A DNA stretch of 64,000 nucleotides from Solirubrobacterales bacterium (GCA_040880005.1 JBBDJG010000026.1:3432-67431); one strand, 5' to 3'; numbered from the stretch's first letter, positions 1-7,898 are shown. A program made the numbers and translations. The notes: generated from the sequence alone by a model not told the origin.

Positions 1-845
1 TCGATCCGCAGCCGCCCGGTCGCGAGGTCCACGTCGCGCCAGCGCAGCGCGAGCAGCTCGCCCACGCGCAGCCCGGCGAATACGAGCGTCGCCAGCATCG
101 CCCGGCGTGGAATGTGCGCGTGGTGCTCGTGCGCCTTCGCGTCCAGCTCACCGGCCGCGTCGAGCAGGGCGGCTATCTGCGCCGCCGTGTCGATAAACGA
201 GCGCCGCGGTGTGGACGCGCGCAGTCGCCTCCGCTTGCCGCTCGCCGGGTTGCGGCCGATCAGCTCGTACTCGACCGCCTGCTCCAATATCGACGCGAGC
301 AGCACCAGCGTCTTGTTTATCGACTCGTTCGAGAGCGGCCGACGCGCACGCTCTCGCCGCTCGCCGCGCTCGTCCACGTAGAACTCCGTCAGCGGCTCGC
401 CAGCGTCGGCGGCCGCCTTGATCGCGTCGCGCTCGCGGATCTTCGCTTGTCGGTAGGCATCGACCTCGCGCGGGCCGATCTGCGAGAGCCGGAACTTCGC
501 GAAGGCGGGGAGCAGGTGCCGCTCAAGTCGCCACGTGTAGTCGGTCCGTGTCCGGGGGCGCAGCTCGGCCCACTTCGCGTCGATCCACTCCTGCGCGAAC
601 GCCGCGAACGTCGGGTCCGGTTTCACGTCCGGCGGTCGCCGGTCGGGCGGTCGCCACTCCCCGCGCTCGATCTGCGCGAGCACATAGGCCAGCTCGGCCT
701 CGGCTCGCTCGCGGGTCCAGTCGGGCGCCCCGCCGAGTCCGATGTAGTGGCGCTGCCCGCCGTGGCGGACGCGCAGCCCGTAGAACGTGCCGGTCTTTCG
801 CTGGCGCTCGACGACCTGGCCGACGCGCTTATCCTTGTGCTGCAT
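1..845 (-). CDS. int: tyrosine recombinase / phage-type integrase, N-terminal ~281 codons (C-terminus lies left of the window)
   Basis: Absent from the ORF track because it runs off the window edge. My reverse-strand translation starts at ATG 845-843, with a GAGGG SD about 7 nt upstream: MQHKDKRVGQVVERQRKTGTFYGLRVRHGG...FAAFAQEWIDAKWAELRPRTRTDYTWRLERHLLPAFAKFRLSQIGPREVDAY...INKTLVLLASILEQAVEYELIGRNPA...RAMLATLVFAGLRVGELLALRWRDVDLATGRLRI. This shows a SAM-like core-binding N-domain followed by the box-I arginine region typical of tyrosine integrases. Confidence 0.85.
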   Translation of the reverse strand, partial: MQHKDKRVGQVVERQRKTGTFYGLRVRHGGQRHYIGLGGAPDWTRERAEAELAYVLAQIERGEWRPPDRRPPDVKPDPTFAAFAQEWIDAKWAELRPRTRTDYTWRLERHLLPAFAKFRLSQIGPREVDAYRQAKIRERDAIKAAADAGEPLTEFYVDERGERRERARRPLSNESINKTLVLLASILEQAVEYELIGRNPASGKRRRLRASTPRRSFIDTAAQIAALLDAAGELDAKAHEHHAHIPRRAMLATLVFAGLRVGELLALRWRDVDLATGRLRI

Positions 846-867
846 GGGAGTTCACCCTCCTATGCCG

Positions 868-904
868 GGCGGCGGCCGTGCAAGCGGTGCGCCGCCATTT
901 TTTT
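868..904 (+). terminator. GC-rich hairpin followed by a T7 tract (intrinsic-terminator-like, plus-strand orientation)
   Basis: GGCGGCG (868-874) pairs with CGCCGCC (890-896). Inner CCGT/GCGG pairs surround a GCAA loop, and TTTTTTT follows at 898-904. The orientation is opposite to the flanking minus-strand genes, so function is uncertain. Confidence 0.3.
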
Positions 905-917
905 ACGTGTGCACCTT

Positions 918-1115
918 TCATCCTACCGACTCCCTCGGCACTTTTGTACGCCTCTGACGGCCACGGTACTGCTCAAGCGACCCGTACCCCTCGATCGAGC
1001 GACCGGCTCTTAGGCGCCGCACCCGGCTCGCCTCGATCCGGTGCGCGGGTGAGCAGTAGCGAGCGTCGGCCCGCAGACCGTCGAGCGAGACGCCGCACAC
1101 GGGACACGGCCTCAC
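918..1115 (-). CDS. small zinc-ribbon-like protein (65 aa), island A
   Basis: These are the C-terminal 65 codons of track ORF 918..1349. GTG 1115-1113 overlaps the upstream stop as GTGA. The sequence VRPCPVCGVSLDGLRADARYCSPAHRIEASRVRR carries a CxxC...YCSxxHR motif. Confidence 0.55.
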   Translation of the reverse strand: MRPCPVCGVSLDGLRADARYCSPAHRIEASRVRRLRAGRSIEGYGSLEQYRGRQRRTKVPRESVG

Positions 1116-1297
1116 GACTCGACCTCCTCGTCCCAGGATGGCTCGGTCACGTCGAACCCGCACGCGACCTGCTCCTCGACGGTCAGGCAGCCCGGACAGC
1201 AGCGACCGTCCGGCGTCAGGTAGCTCTCCTCCGACGGGCGCCCGCAACGCGCGCACCGCTCGGGCCGTCCCATGTAGAAGCCCGGCCCCGGCGTCAC
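1112..1297 (-). CDS. small Cys-rich (zinc-ribbon-like) protein, 61 aa, island A
   Basis: Track ORF containing CARCG...CCPGC Cys pairs. It has a GTG start in a GTGA overlap with the upstream stop and ends in EEVES. Confidence 0.55.
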   Translation of the reverse strand: MTPGPGFYMGRPERCARCGRPSEESYLTPDGRCCPGCLTVEEQVACGFDVTEPSWDEEVES

Positions 1298-1887
1298 GAC
1301 TCGACCTCCTCACGGAGCAGCAGCCGCGGCGTCGGCGACTCGATCCCACGCGCGAACCGCGTCCGGACCTCGTCGTCGGTGCCGCGCAGCGGGTTGCCCG
1401 GTCCGGCCTCGACGAGGCCGTGTCGGACGTAGCGGTGCCACGCTCGAACGCGCGCCGCGTACTGCTCCTCGGCGGCTGTCAGCTCCTCGTATGCAGCCTG
1501 CAACCGATCGCGGGCCGGTCCGTCGAGCACCGCCTCCTCGCCCGCGAGGTCGGCGAAGTTCGCGCGCATGAACTCGTCGCGCTCGCTCTCGACCTCCGCG
1601 CGCGCGCGCTCCGCTCCGCGTGCTCTTGCCTGCCACGCCGGGTCCGCTGCGCGCTCGGCGGCCGTGCGCGCCGCCGTTGCGATCCTCGCCTCCAGTTTCG
1701 CGTCCGGCTCCTCCCCTGCTCCGACCGCCTCGTGGTAGCCCGCCAGGTCCGCCGCCGTCGCGCTCGCATCGCGGCGCGCGTGCGCTTGGTCCGTCTTGAC
1801 CTTGTGCTCGCGCGTCTGCGCCGCCTCGACGGCGGCGTCCAGCTCGGCGAGCCGGTCGGTCGCCTTACTCCTCGTCGTCGTCGGCAT
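1294..1887 (-). CDS. hypothetical Ala/Glu/Arg-rich (probably helical) protein, 197 aa, island A
   Basis: Track ORF starting at ATG 1887. The composition is coding-like and it ends in EEVES. I recognise no family. Confidence 0.6.
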   Translation of the reverse strand: MPTTTRSKATDRLAELDAAVEAAQTREHKVKTDQAHARRDASATAADLAGYHEAVGAGEEPDAKLEARIATAARTAAERAADPAWQARARGAERARAEVESERDEFMRANFADLAGEEAVLDGPARDRLQAAYEELTAAEEQYAARVRAWHRYVRHGLVEAGPGNPLRGTDDEVRTRFARGIESPTPRLLLREEVES

Positions 1888-2077
1888 CGTCGTCGCCTCC
1901 TCCCTTGTTCCGTCGTTGTTTGCGAATCCGACTCAACTCCTCCGGATCTTTCTCGGCGTAGGCGCGGCGCAAGCGCGCGCGAGGGTCGAACGTCTCCTCC
2001 TCGTCGCGCTCCTCCATCGCGCGCTTGTAACCGCGATACGTCGCCTCCTCGATCTGCTCCTCGGTCAGTTCAGGCAT
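1865..2077 (-). CDS. small acidic protein, 70 aa, island A
   Basis: Track ORF MPELTEEQIEEATYRGYKRAMEERDEEE...GGGDDDADDDEE, starting at ATG 2077. Confidence 0.55.
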   Translation of the reverse strand: MPELTEEQIEEATYRGYKRAMEERDEEETFDPRARLRRAYAEKDPEELSRIRKQRRNKGGGDDDADDDEE

Positions 2078-2237
2078 CCTCGTTTCCTTCCTCGATCGCG
2101 CCTCGGTCGTAGGTCGCCTGCCCGCCGCAGTCGATGCAGCGGACCACGACCACTCCCTCCGGGCGCGTGAACGTCTCCTCCCGTTCGGCCGGGCAGCCGT
2201 CCGCGTGTTCGCGGGCGGGTAGCTCTAGCTGCTTCAT
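2070..2237 (-). CDS. small Cys-containing protein, 55 aa, island A
   Basis: These are the C-terminal 55 codons of track ORF 2070..3011, from ATG 2237, which overlaps the TerL stop as ATGA. Sequence: MKQLELPAREHADGCPAEREETFTRPEGVVVVRCIDCGGQATYDRGAIEEGNEDA. Confidence 0.5.
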   Translation of the reverse strand: MKQLELPAREHADGCPAEREETFTRPEGVVVVRCIDCGGQATYDRGAIEEGNEDA

Positions 2238-3907
2238 CTGTTGCTCCCTTCGTCGTGTGTTGCCAATGCGACCGCGACGCTCGCGCGTGCGGCCTTCAAG
2301 TGTTTGGGCTCCGGCGCTGGCCGGTCCAGCTCGGGCGGAGTCGTCAGCTCGTCGCCGTTCACGCTCACCCACACGGGGCGCCGCGGCAGCGTCAGCCCGC
2401 CCGGCGTCTGCACGGTCGGCAGCTCGGCGACGCGCGGCGGGAGGGTCGGCTCGGGCAGCGGTCGCCGTGGCTCCGCCAGCTCGGCCAGGTAGTTCCGCCA
2501 CTCGCCGCGCGGCTTGTACGGGACCGACGCGAGCGCGAGCGCCATGGGGAGGTCGTCGTGTCCGGTGCTGGCCGCGATCTTCTCGCCGCCGTCCGGCGTC
2601 AGGTCCACGCGCAGCATCAGCAGCTCGCGGTGTAGCTCCTCCGCCGACGCGGGGAGCAGTAGGCGCCCCTGGTCGAGCAGCAGCCGCAGCGCCGAGAACG
2701 CCGCGGACTTCATCGGCGCGGTCGTGTGCGCTCCGACCTTGCGCGTGGCGAACCCTCGCGGCAACGCCCGCGACCACGGGCGCGCGCCGAGCTGTGGCTC
2801 CCACGGGCGCTCCTCGATCATCACGTAACGGCGCGCCTCGGCGCCGCCCGCGTCGGGCTCGCGCTCGGCCATGCGGCGCCATAGAAGCTGCGCGCACGGA
2901 CCTCCGAGTCCGTTCGTCTCGGCGACGAGCGTGTCGAAGTGCGCTGGGCTCGACCCGATCGACTCGACCACGTCCGGCAGCGGCTCCCCTGCTCGCCACC
3001 GCTCCGCGCAAGCGACCGCGAACACGCGCTCGCCGGGTATCGCGAGTCGCCCGACAGCGACGAGCGCGCTGCGATCGTTCACTTGCCCCCAGTCCACGCC
3101 GCCGAGCATCCGTGCGGGTCCGCGCAACTCCGCCAGCGACAGCGGCAGGTAGTCGGCCGTCGCGCGGTCGATCGCAGCGCGCGAGAACAGCAGGTCCGCG
3201 CCCGACGCGAACTCGGCCAGATACTCCGCGCCGAATCGGAGGTCGGTCATCGACTCGCGCGCGCCCTCGACCGCGGACGGAGTCAGCCAGGGCGCGTCGT
3301 CAGGACCGCCCGCGGCGCGCGCGACCCACACAAAAGTTTTCACGTGCTCCGATCCGCCTTCGCCACGTCGAGCGTGGTCGTAGAAAGCGCCGCTCGCCGT
3401 CGTCGCCGAGCTTGCGAGCACGATCCTCGCGTGCTCGCGCGCGGCAGTCACCGGGAACGCGGCGCCGAGCAGCAGGTCGTCGGGGATCAGGCTCGCCTCG
3501 TCGGCGATCAGCAAGTCGGCGCTCCAGCCACGGATCTGCTTCTCGGACGCGGGCACGGAGCGGACCTCGCTCCCGGTGGTCAGCGTCAGCAGCCCCGCCA
3601 GCTCGTCGGTCACGGAGTCGGCGAGCAGCTCGGAGCCGGTCGCGATCCGGCGGACCTCCGCGAGCAGGCGGCGGGCGGCGGCGTCGCCCGCGCTCACGAC
3701 GAGCACGCGCTGGCCGGGACGACGGAACGCCCACCAGCACGCGAGCACCGCGAGCGAGTACGACTTGCCGAGCTGGCGACCGGCGACGACCACGGTAACG
3801 CGAGTACGCAGCCCGAGCGCCGCGAGCTGCCAGTCCGTCAGCGCGTCGGGCGCGACGGTCGCGGCGAAGTAGCCGAGGTCGGACTTCAAGCGTTGGAAGT
3901 CAGGCAC
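2234..3907 (-). CDS. terL: phage terminase large subunit (TerL)-like ATPase/nuclease
   Basis: Part of track ORF 2234..4246. Motifs: Walker A VVVAGRQLGKS, Walker B DLLIADEA, and nuclease-domain acidic motifs GGVDWG, ETNGLG and GHDD. I place the start at GTG 3907, 8 nt inside the upstream gene; upstream of that, a different frame (3900..4370) looks like the real coding frame. Confidence 0.8.
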   Translation of the reverse strand: MPDFQRLKSDLGYFAATVAPDALTDWQLAALGLRTRVTVVVAGRQLGKSYSLAVLACWWAFRRPGQRVLVVSAGDAAARRLLAEVRRIATGSELLADSVTDELAGLLTLTTGSEVRSVPASEKQIRGWSADLLIADEASLIPDDLLLGAAFPVTAAREHARIVLASSATTASGAFYDHARRGEGGSEHVKTFVWVARAAGGPDDAPWLTPSAVEGARESMTDLRFGAEYLAEFASGADLLFSRAAIDRATADYLPLSLAELRGPARMLGGVDWGQVNDRSALVAVGRLAIPGERVFAVACAERWRAGEPLPDVVESIGSSPAHFDTLVAETNGLGGPCAQLLWRRMAEREPDAGGAEARRYVMIEERPWEPQLGARPWSRALPRGFATRKVGAHTTAPMKSAAFSALRLLLDQGRLLLPASAEELHRELLMLRVDLTPDGGEKIAASTGHDDLPMALALASVPYKPRGEWRNYLAELAEPRRPLPEPTLPPRVAELPTVQTPGGLTLPRRPVWVSVNGDELTTPPELDRPAPEPKHLKAARASVAVALATHDEGSNR

Positions 3908-4319
3908 CGTCGCTCCCCTCCTCGGGCAGCGCCGACAGCTTGCGCGCAAGGTCGAACCTCCGCGCCTGCCGGTGCTCGCGCCCGACCTCGGCCAGGACGC
4001 GCTCGGCGACGCTCGACCACTTTTCCAGCCGATCGACCACGTCGTACACGCGGCCTCGCTTGTCGCGGACGATGCTGTCCTGCTCGTCGAGCCACCGCGA
4101 CGCGAGGTCGATCCGTGCCAGCCGGTCGGCGAGCAGCGACAATCTCCGGTCATCGAGGTTCGGATAGTCGCGGCGCAGCTCGGCGACGTGGTACTCGCGC
4201 AGCGGCGCCAGCGCCAGCTCGGCCGTCGCGCCCGACTTGCGCGCACGAGACTCGCCCGGCTTGATCGGGTTCGGCGGCGGCTGGACGTTGCGGATCGTGC
4301 GGACGGGCGGGTTAGGCAC
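3900..4319 (-). CDS. putative terminase small subunit (by position and size)
   Basis: Track ORF 3900..4370. The GTG at 4319 gives 139 aa and an 8-nt overlap with the upstream stop. It is a helical protein (PLREYHVAELRRDYPNLDDRRLSLLADRLARIDLASRWL...) lying directly upstream of, and overlapping, TerL. I recognise no diagnostic motif. Confidence 0.45.
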   Translation of the reverse strand: MPNPPVRTIRNVQPPPNPIKPGESRARKSGATAELALAPLREYHVAELRRDYPNLDDRRLSLLADRLARIDLASRWLDEQDSIVRDKRGRVYDVVDRLEKWSSVAERVLAEVGREHRQARRFDLARKLSALPEEGSDGA

Positions 4320-4689
4320 GGCGGCCTCCGATCCGCAAAAGCGGCGGGTCCGTGGGCGCCCGCCGGGCACCCGGACCCGATCGCGGCGAGCGGACGTGGC
4401 CGGGCTCCGCTCGCGGCGCGGGTTTGAGCGCCCTCGACTCCCCGCTGCCGGAGCGAGAGGTCAGTCGCTCGACCACGTCCAGCTCGAACCGGAGCCGCGG
4501 TCGAGGCTTGCCGGTTCGACGGCCCTTCGCCCGATCGGAGACGGGCAGCTCGACCACGCCCAGGTCGGCGGCAATCTCATACACGTACGAGCGCGAGACG
4601 CCGAGCAGCTCGGCCACTTGCGCTGCGGTCGCGAGCCGATTATTTGCTCCCCGATTCGCGGGGGGCTTGTCCACGCGTCGCGCCGTCAC
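4312..4689 (-). CDS. helix-turn-helix DNA-binding protein (excisionase/AlpA/MerR-like HTH)
   Basis: Track ORF with a GTG start at 4689. The HTH segment is LATAAQVAELLGVSRSYVYEIAADLG. It is the first gene downstream of the iteron region. Confidence 0.6.
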   Translation of the reverse strand: MTARRVDKPPANRGANNRLATAAQVAELLGVSRSYVYEIAADLGVVELPVSDRAKGRRTGKPRPRLRFELDVVERLTSRSGSGESRALKPAPRAEPGHVRSPRSGPGARRAPTDPPLLRIGGRRA

Positions 4690-4705
4690 GCGTGTTCCCC
4701 GATCT

Positions 4706-4912
4706 GCAGGTTTGCAGGTTTCGCAGGTTTGTTTGTGCCCCGCGTCCTAGAGATTCTTTTACACACACACGTGTGTGTCGCAGGGCCTATGGCACCTATA
4801 ACCCCCCGTGAAACCTGCAAACCTGCGCGCGTGTCCGTTTTGCCCGTGTTCATGCGGGTTTGAGGGCCGCAGGTTTGGCCGCAGGTTTGCCGCAGGTTTC
4901 CGGCAAACCTGC
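4706..4912. repeat. iteron cluster / putative replication origin of island A
   Basis: The 8-mer GCAGGTTT occurs in direct orientation at 4706, 4714, 4723, 4869, 4881 and 4892. Its complement AAACCTGC occurs at 4811, 4819 and 4905, and a degenerate GCGGGTTT at 4854. The clusters flank a lower-GC core (about 56% by hand count over 4731-4810) containing the perfect palindrome ACACACACGTGTGTGT at 4763-4778. Confidence 0.65.
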
Positions 4913-6892
4913 GGCCACGCGCCAGAGCACGGCGCCGCCCCTCGACTCGACGCTCGCGCGCTGGACGTGCAGCTCGCGCTCCCCGTACCGGGTGCCCTCT
5001 TTTTTCGCGAGCGCCTTCCCGAGCTTGCGTGTGAAGCTCGACGAGTGCAGCGCGTCGGGCAACTCGCCGGGCAGCGTCTCGCGCAGCGCGAAGCCGAGCG
5101 CGTCGTCGTGCAACGCCTCGTCGAACTTCGCCGTGCTCACGGGCTCGTCGCCGAACCGCTCGTACCACTCCGCCAGGAACGCGGTCCACTCCGCGGCCTC
5201 CTCGTCGGCGTGCTCGTAGAACTCGGTCAGGTTCCGCAGGAACCCCTCGACGCCCGCCGCCGCGAGCACGCCGCCGAGCGCGTGCGCCCACTCCTCGAAA
5301 CCGCCGACGATCGGCGCGTCGGCCCGCGGGCGCTCGGCGACGATCCACGCGCGCCCGAGCGTCAGCGCCGCGGCGAGTAGCTCGCCCCGGTGCTCGACGA
5401 CCCACGGCAGCAGCGGGTCGTGTGCGAAACCGCTCCGCTGCCAGGGGCGCCCGACCTTTGCGTCGAGCCGGACGTGGTAGCAGCGCCGCGCCAGGTCGCC
5501 GCCGACGCGGACGTTATTCCCCGTCGCGAGCCACGTCGCACGCTGCGGTACGGTCAGCGTCTCGGAGCGGCCGAGGATCCGGTCCGTGACGACGCCGGTC
5601 GTAAGCGCGGACGCGAGCGACGGTGAGGCGAGCGGAGCCTCGACGTTGTCGATATTGACGATCGACGGCCCGGCAGCGAGCACCGCGAGGATCGTCTTTC
5701 GCCACTCCTCCTCGCGCGTCGGCGGCGCCATCATCGCGGCTCCGCGCCCGGTCGCGACCGCAGCGACGACGCCCGCGAGCAGTCCCTTCCCCGTCCCGGC
5801 CTTCGTGGAGTCGAGCAGCGCGAGCGGCACCGGCCCGTCGATCGCCGGCCGCAGGATCGGCGTCAGCACCAGCGCGAGCGCGTTCGCCCGGCTCGCTTGC
5901 GAGTCGAACGGGAACTCGGCGAGCGGCCCGGCAAGCAGCGCCGCAGCGTCGGCGACTTGCGCGGCGCTCGGGTGCTCGGGCACGACGGGCAGCGCGAAGT
6001 CCGGTGGCGGCGCGTACACGAGCCGAGTCGCGGTGTCATAGCCCGGCGTCGCTAACACGCTTCCGTCCGCGCGCAGCACGGGCGACTCGACCACGCCGAC
6101 GAGCGGCGGGAACGGTAGGTCGCCGCGGGTCAGCAGGTCGCGCACGAGGTCGTCGGGCGCGCGAACGTGACCGAACCCGCCCTCCGCCTCGCTGCCGGTG
6201 TTCGCGACTCGCGTTAAGCGCCCGCGCATCGTCGCCTCCCGCAGGTGCTCGATTCGGTGGCGCCCGTGCTCGTCGGAGCGAACGTGGGCCGGAACGCCGC
6301 CGTGAACGTACAGAGCGGGCGGATCGTTCGCCCCGTGCAGAGCGTGCAGCGCGTCGTCGGACACGTCGCGAAGCGGACGCCCGTTTACGATCACGCGCGG
6401 CAGTCCGCCGTCGTCGGCGTCGTAGCGTTCGCGGCGCTCTCGCTCGCGGCGTTCCTTACGCTTCCCGTTGATCGCGCGCTCTAGCGCCTCGACCTCCCGC
6501 GCCGTGGTCGCCTTCCGCAGCGCCAGCAGTCCCGCCTCCCACGCCGCGCGGTCCTTGTCCGCGAGGCTCGCCAGCTCGTCGAGCGCGTCGCCGTCCGCGA
6601 GCGCGCCGGTCACGTCGCCGGACTCCGCGAGGCTGGCGAGCGTCGAGCGCGCGGGTGCGAGGTAGGGGCGCGCTTTCCCGCTCGCCTTATCGGCCGCGAC
6701 CTCGTACAGCTCGCGCAGCTCGGCGGCGTCGGGGTCGTCGCGGTCGGCGGCGTCGAGGATCGGACCGACCTCGCGGACCTCGTCGCGCAGGTCGTCGAGC
6801 GCACGCTCGACCTCCTCGTCGCCGTTCGCCTTCAGCGTCGCCGTGGCCGCCGCGTTGAGTCGGTCGAGGCACTCTTGGAGCGTCGCGCTCAC
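4850..6892 (-). CDS. putative replication protein: P4/D5-type (SF3) helicase-like P-loop NTPase, 680 aa
   Basis: Track ORF with a GTG start at 6892. It has a P-loop LLDSTKAGTGKGLL (deviant GKG) and a Walker-B-like IVNIDNVE. The segment LTTGVVTDRILGRSETLTVPQRATWLATGNNVRV resembles the primase C-terminal/SF3 helicase layout of P4-family proteins. The iterons begin inside its 3' end. Confidence 0.55.
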   Translation of the reverse strand: MSATLQECLDRLNAAATATLKANGDEEVERALDDLRDEVREVGPILDAADRDDPDAAELRELYEVAADKASGKARPYLAPARSTLASLAESGDVTGALADGDALDELASLADKDRAAWEAGLLALRKATTAREVEALERAINGKRKERRERERRERYDADDGGLPRVIVNGRPLRDVSDDALHALHGANDPPALYVHGGVPAHVRSDEHGRHRIEHLREATMRGRLTRVANTGSEAEGGFGHVRAPDDLVRDLLTRGDLPFPPLVGVVESPVLRADGSVLATPGYDTATRLVYAPPPDFALPVVPEHPSAAQVADAAALLAGPLAEFPFDSQASRANALALVLTPILRPAIDGPVPLALLDSTKAGTGKGLLAGVVAAVATGRGAAMMAPPTREEEWRKTILAVLAAGPSIVNIDNVEAPLASPSLASALTTGVVTDRILGRSETLTVPQRATWLATGNNVRVGGDLARRCYHVRLDAKVGRPWQRSGFAHDPLLPWVVEHRGELLAAALTLGRAWIVAERPRADAPIVGGFEEWAHALGGVLAAAGVEGFLRNLTEFYEHADEEAAEWTAFLAEWYERFGDEPVSTAKFDEALHDDALGFALRETLPGELPDALHSSSFTRKLGKALAKKEGTRYGERELHVQRASVESRGGAVLWRVAAGLPETCGKPAAKPAALKPA

Positions 6893-7143
6893 GGGCGCTC
6901 CCCGTTCAGCTTGACTTCAACGCACCCGCGCTCCGCGGCCACGGTCGCGCGACCGTCCTCGACGAGCGCGTCGATCGACGCGTCCACTTGTCCGGCCGTT
7001 AGCCCGCGCTCGCGGAGGTCGAGTAGGTTCGGCCGCGTGAGCGACAGCGACCCACCGCCGCGCTCGACGAGCTGGCGGAACGCCTCAGCGCGCGCGTCGC
7101 GCGTCGGTCGGCGCGCCTTCACGGTCGCTCCCCTCGTCGCCAC
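6889..7143 (-). CDS. hypothetical protein, 84 aa, island A
   Basis: Track ORF. Its stop region overlaps the Rep start as GTGA. I recognise no family. Confidence 0.5.
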   Translation of the reverse strand: MATRGATVKARRPTRDARAEAFRQLVERGGGSLSLTRPNLLDLRERGLTAGQVDASIDALVEDGRATVAAERGCVEVKLNGERP

Positions 7144-7655
7144 GGGGCGGCGACGCCAACGGGGAACTGACCAGCCCCATACGCCACCGCCCCGTCGCGA
7201 CGGTCGCGAAAGTGCCCGGCTAGGCCGGGCGGCTCGGGTTCGGCGCTATCGTCGGAGGAGTCGCCGCCGGGACTGCCGCGCGACGCGCTCGCGGTCCGGC
7301 GGCCGCGCGGCCGGCCGCCGTTCAGGCGCCGATCGCGGCGCGGAGCACGTACAACGGCGCGAGTGCGGACTTCGCACGGTCGCCGCTCGACGATCGGTCG
7401 CGGGGCGGTGCCCGCGTAGGCGCTCCGGATACGTTCGGACGCGCGGTCCTGCGCGGTGACACGTGGCTCCATGACGAGACGAGCGCGAACCTCGGCCAGC
7501 TTCTCCTCGACCATCCACCGCTCGTCGTCGGCGACTTGCCCGGAGTCGAGCAGGTGTCTCAGGTAGTCGCGCTCGGCGCGGAGCTTCTCGTCGAGCGGCA
7601 CGGGTCGCAAGTCGCCGAGCGCCTCGTCGATCACATACTGCGGGAGAGTCTGCAT
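7119..7655 (-). CDS. hypothetical protein, island A (first gene of the leftward gene chain)
   Basis: C-terminal part of track ORF 7119..7868 from ATG 7655, with an alternative GTG at 7670. The N-terminus MQTLPQYVIDEALGDLRPVPLDEKLRAERDYLRHLLDSGQVADDERWMVEEKLAEVRARL is protein-like. The C-terminal third is low-complexity, so the true end is uncertain. Confidence 0.4.
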   Translation of the reverse strand: MQTLPQYVIDEALGDLRPVPLDEKLRAERDYLRHLLDSGQVADDERWMVEEKLAEVRARLVMEPRVTAQDRASERIRSAYAGTAPRPIVERRPCEVRTRAVVRAPRRDRRLNGGRPRGRRTASASRGSPGGDSSDDSAEPEPPGLAGHFRDRRDGAVAYGAGQFPVGVAAPWRRGERP

Positions 7656-7832
7656 CGTCTCGTCGATCACTTCGCCAGCTTTCCGGGGTCGAGGTTTCGA
7701 CCCGCGCACATTGTTATCAGACGCAGCGGCGCTAAACGGAAAGCGCCGCCCCGACGTTCGGTCGAGACGGCGCGCGAAGTCGTGCGAGACGACAGCGCGA
7801 GTATGACACGAGGCTCGGCGGTGGCCGCGTCT

Positions 7833-7898
7833 GGGCACCCGGCCGTTCCGGGTGCCCGAATCGGCCACAATCGGACCGAATCCGACCTAATCCGCCAG
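7833..7898. promoter_or_regulatory. hairpin plus four phased 10-bp repeats near the right end of island A (candidate arm-type recombinase/RDF binding sites)
   Basis: The hairpin GGGCACCC-9 nt-GGGTGCCC spans 7833-7857. It is followed by AATCGGCCAC, AATCGGACCG, AATCCGACCT and AATCCGCCAG, starting at 7859, 7869, 7879 and 7889. Confidence 0.4.

Noticed and set aside
2134-3798. A 554-aa plus-strand ORF, plus the other long ORFs overlapping TerL on both strands.
   Set aside because: Its extreme Arg/Ala/Pro/Ser composition is typical of shadow ORFs in very high-GC DNA. The minus-strand TerL frame carries clear catalytic motifs.
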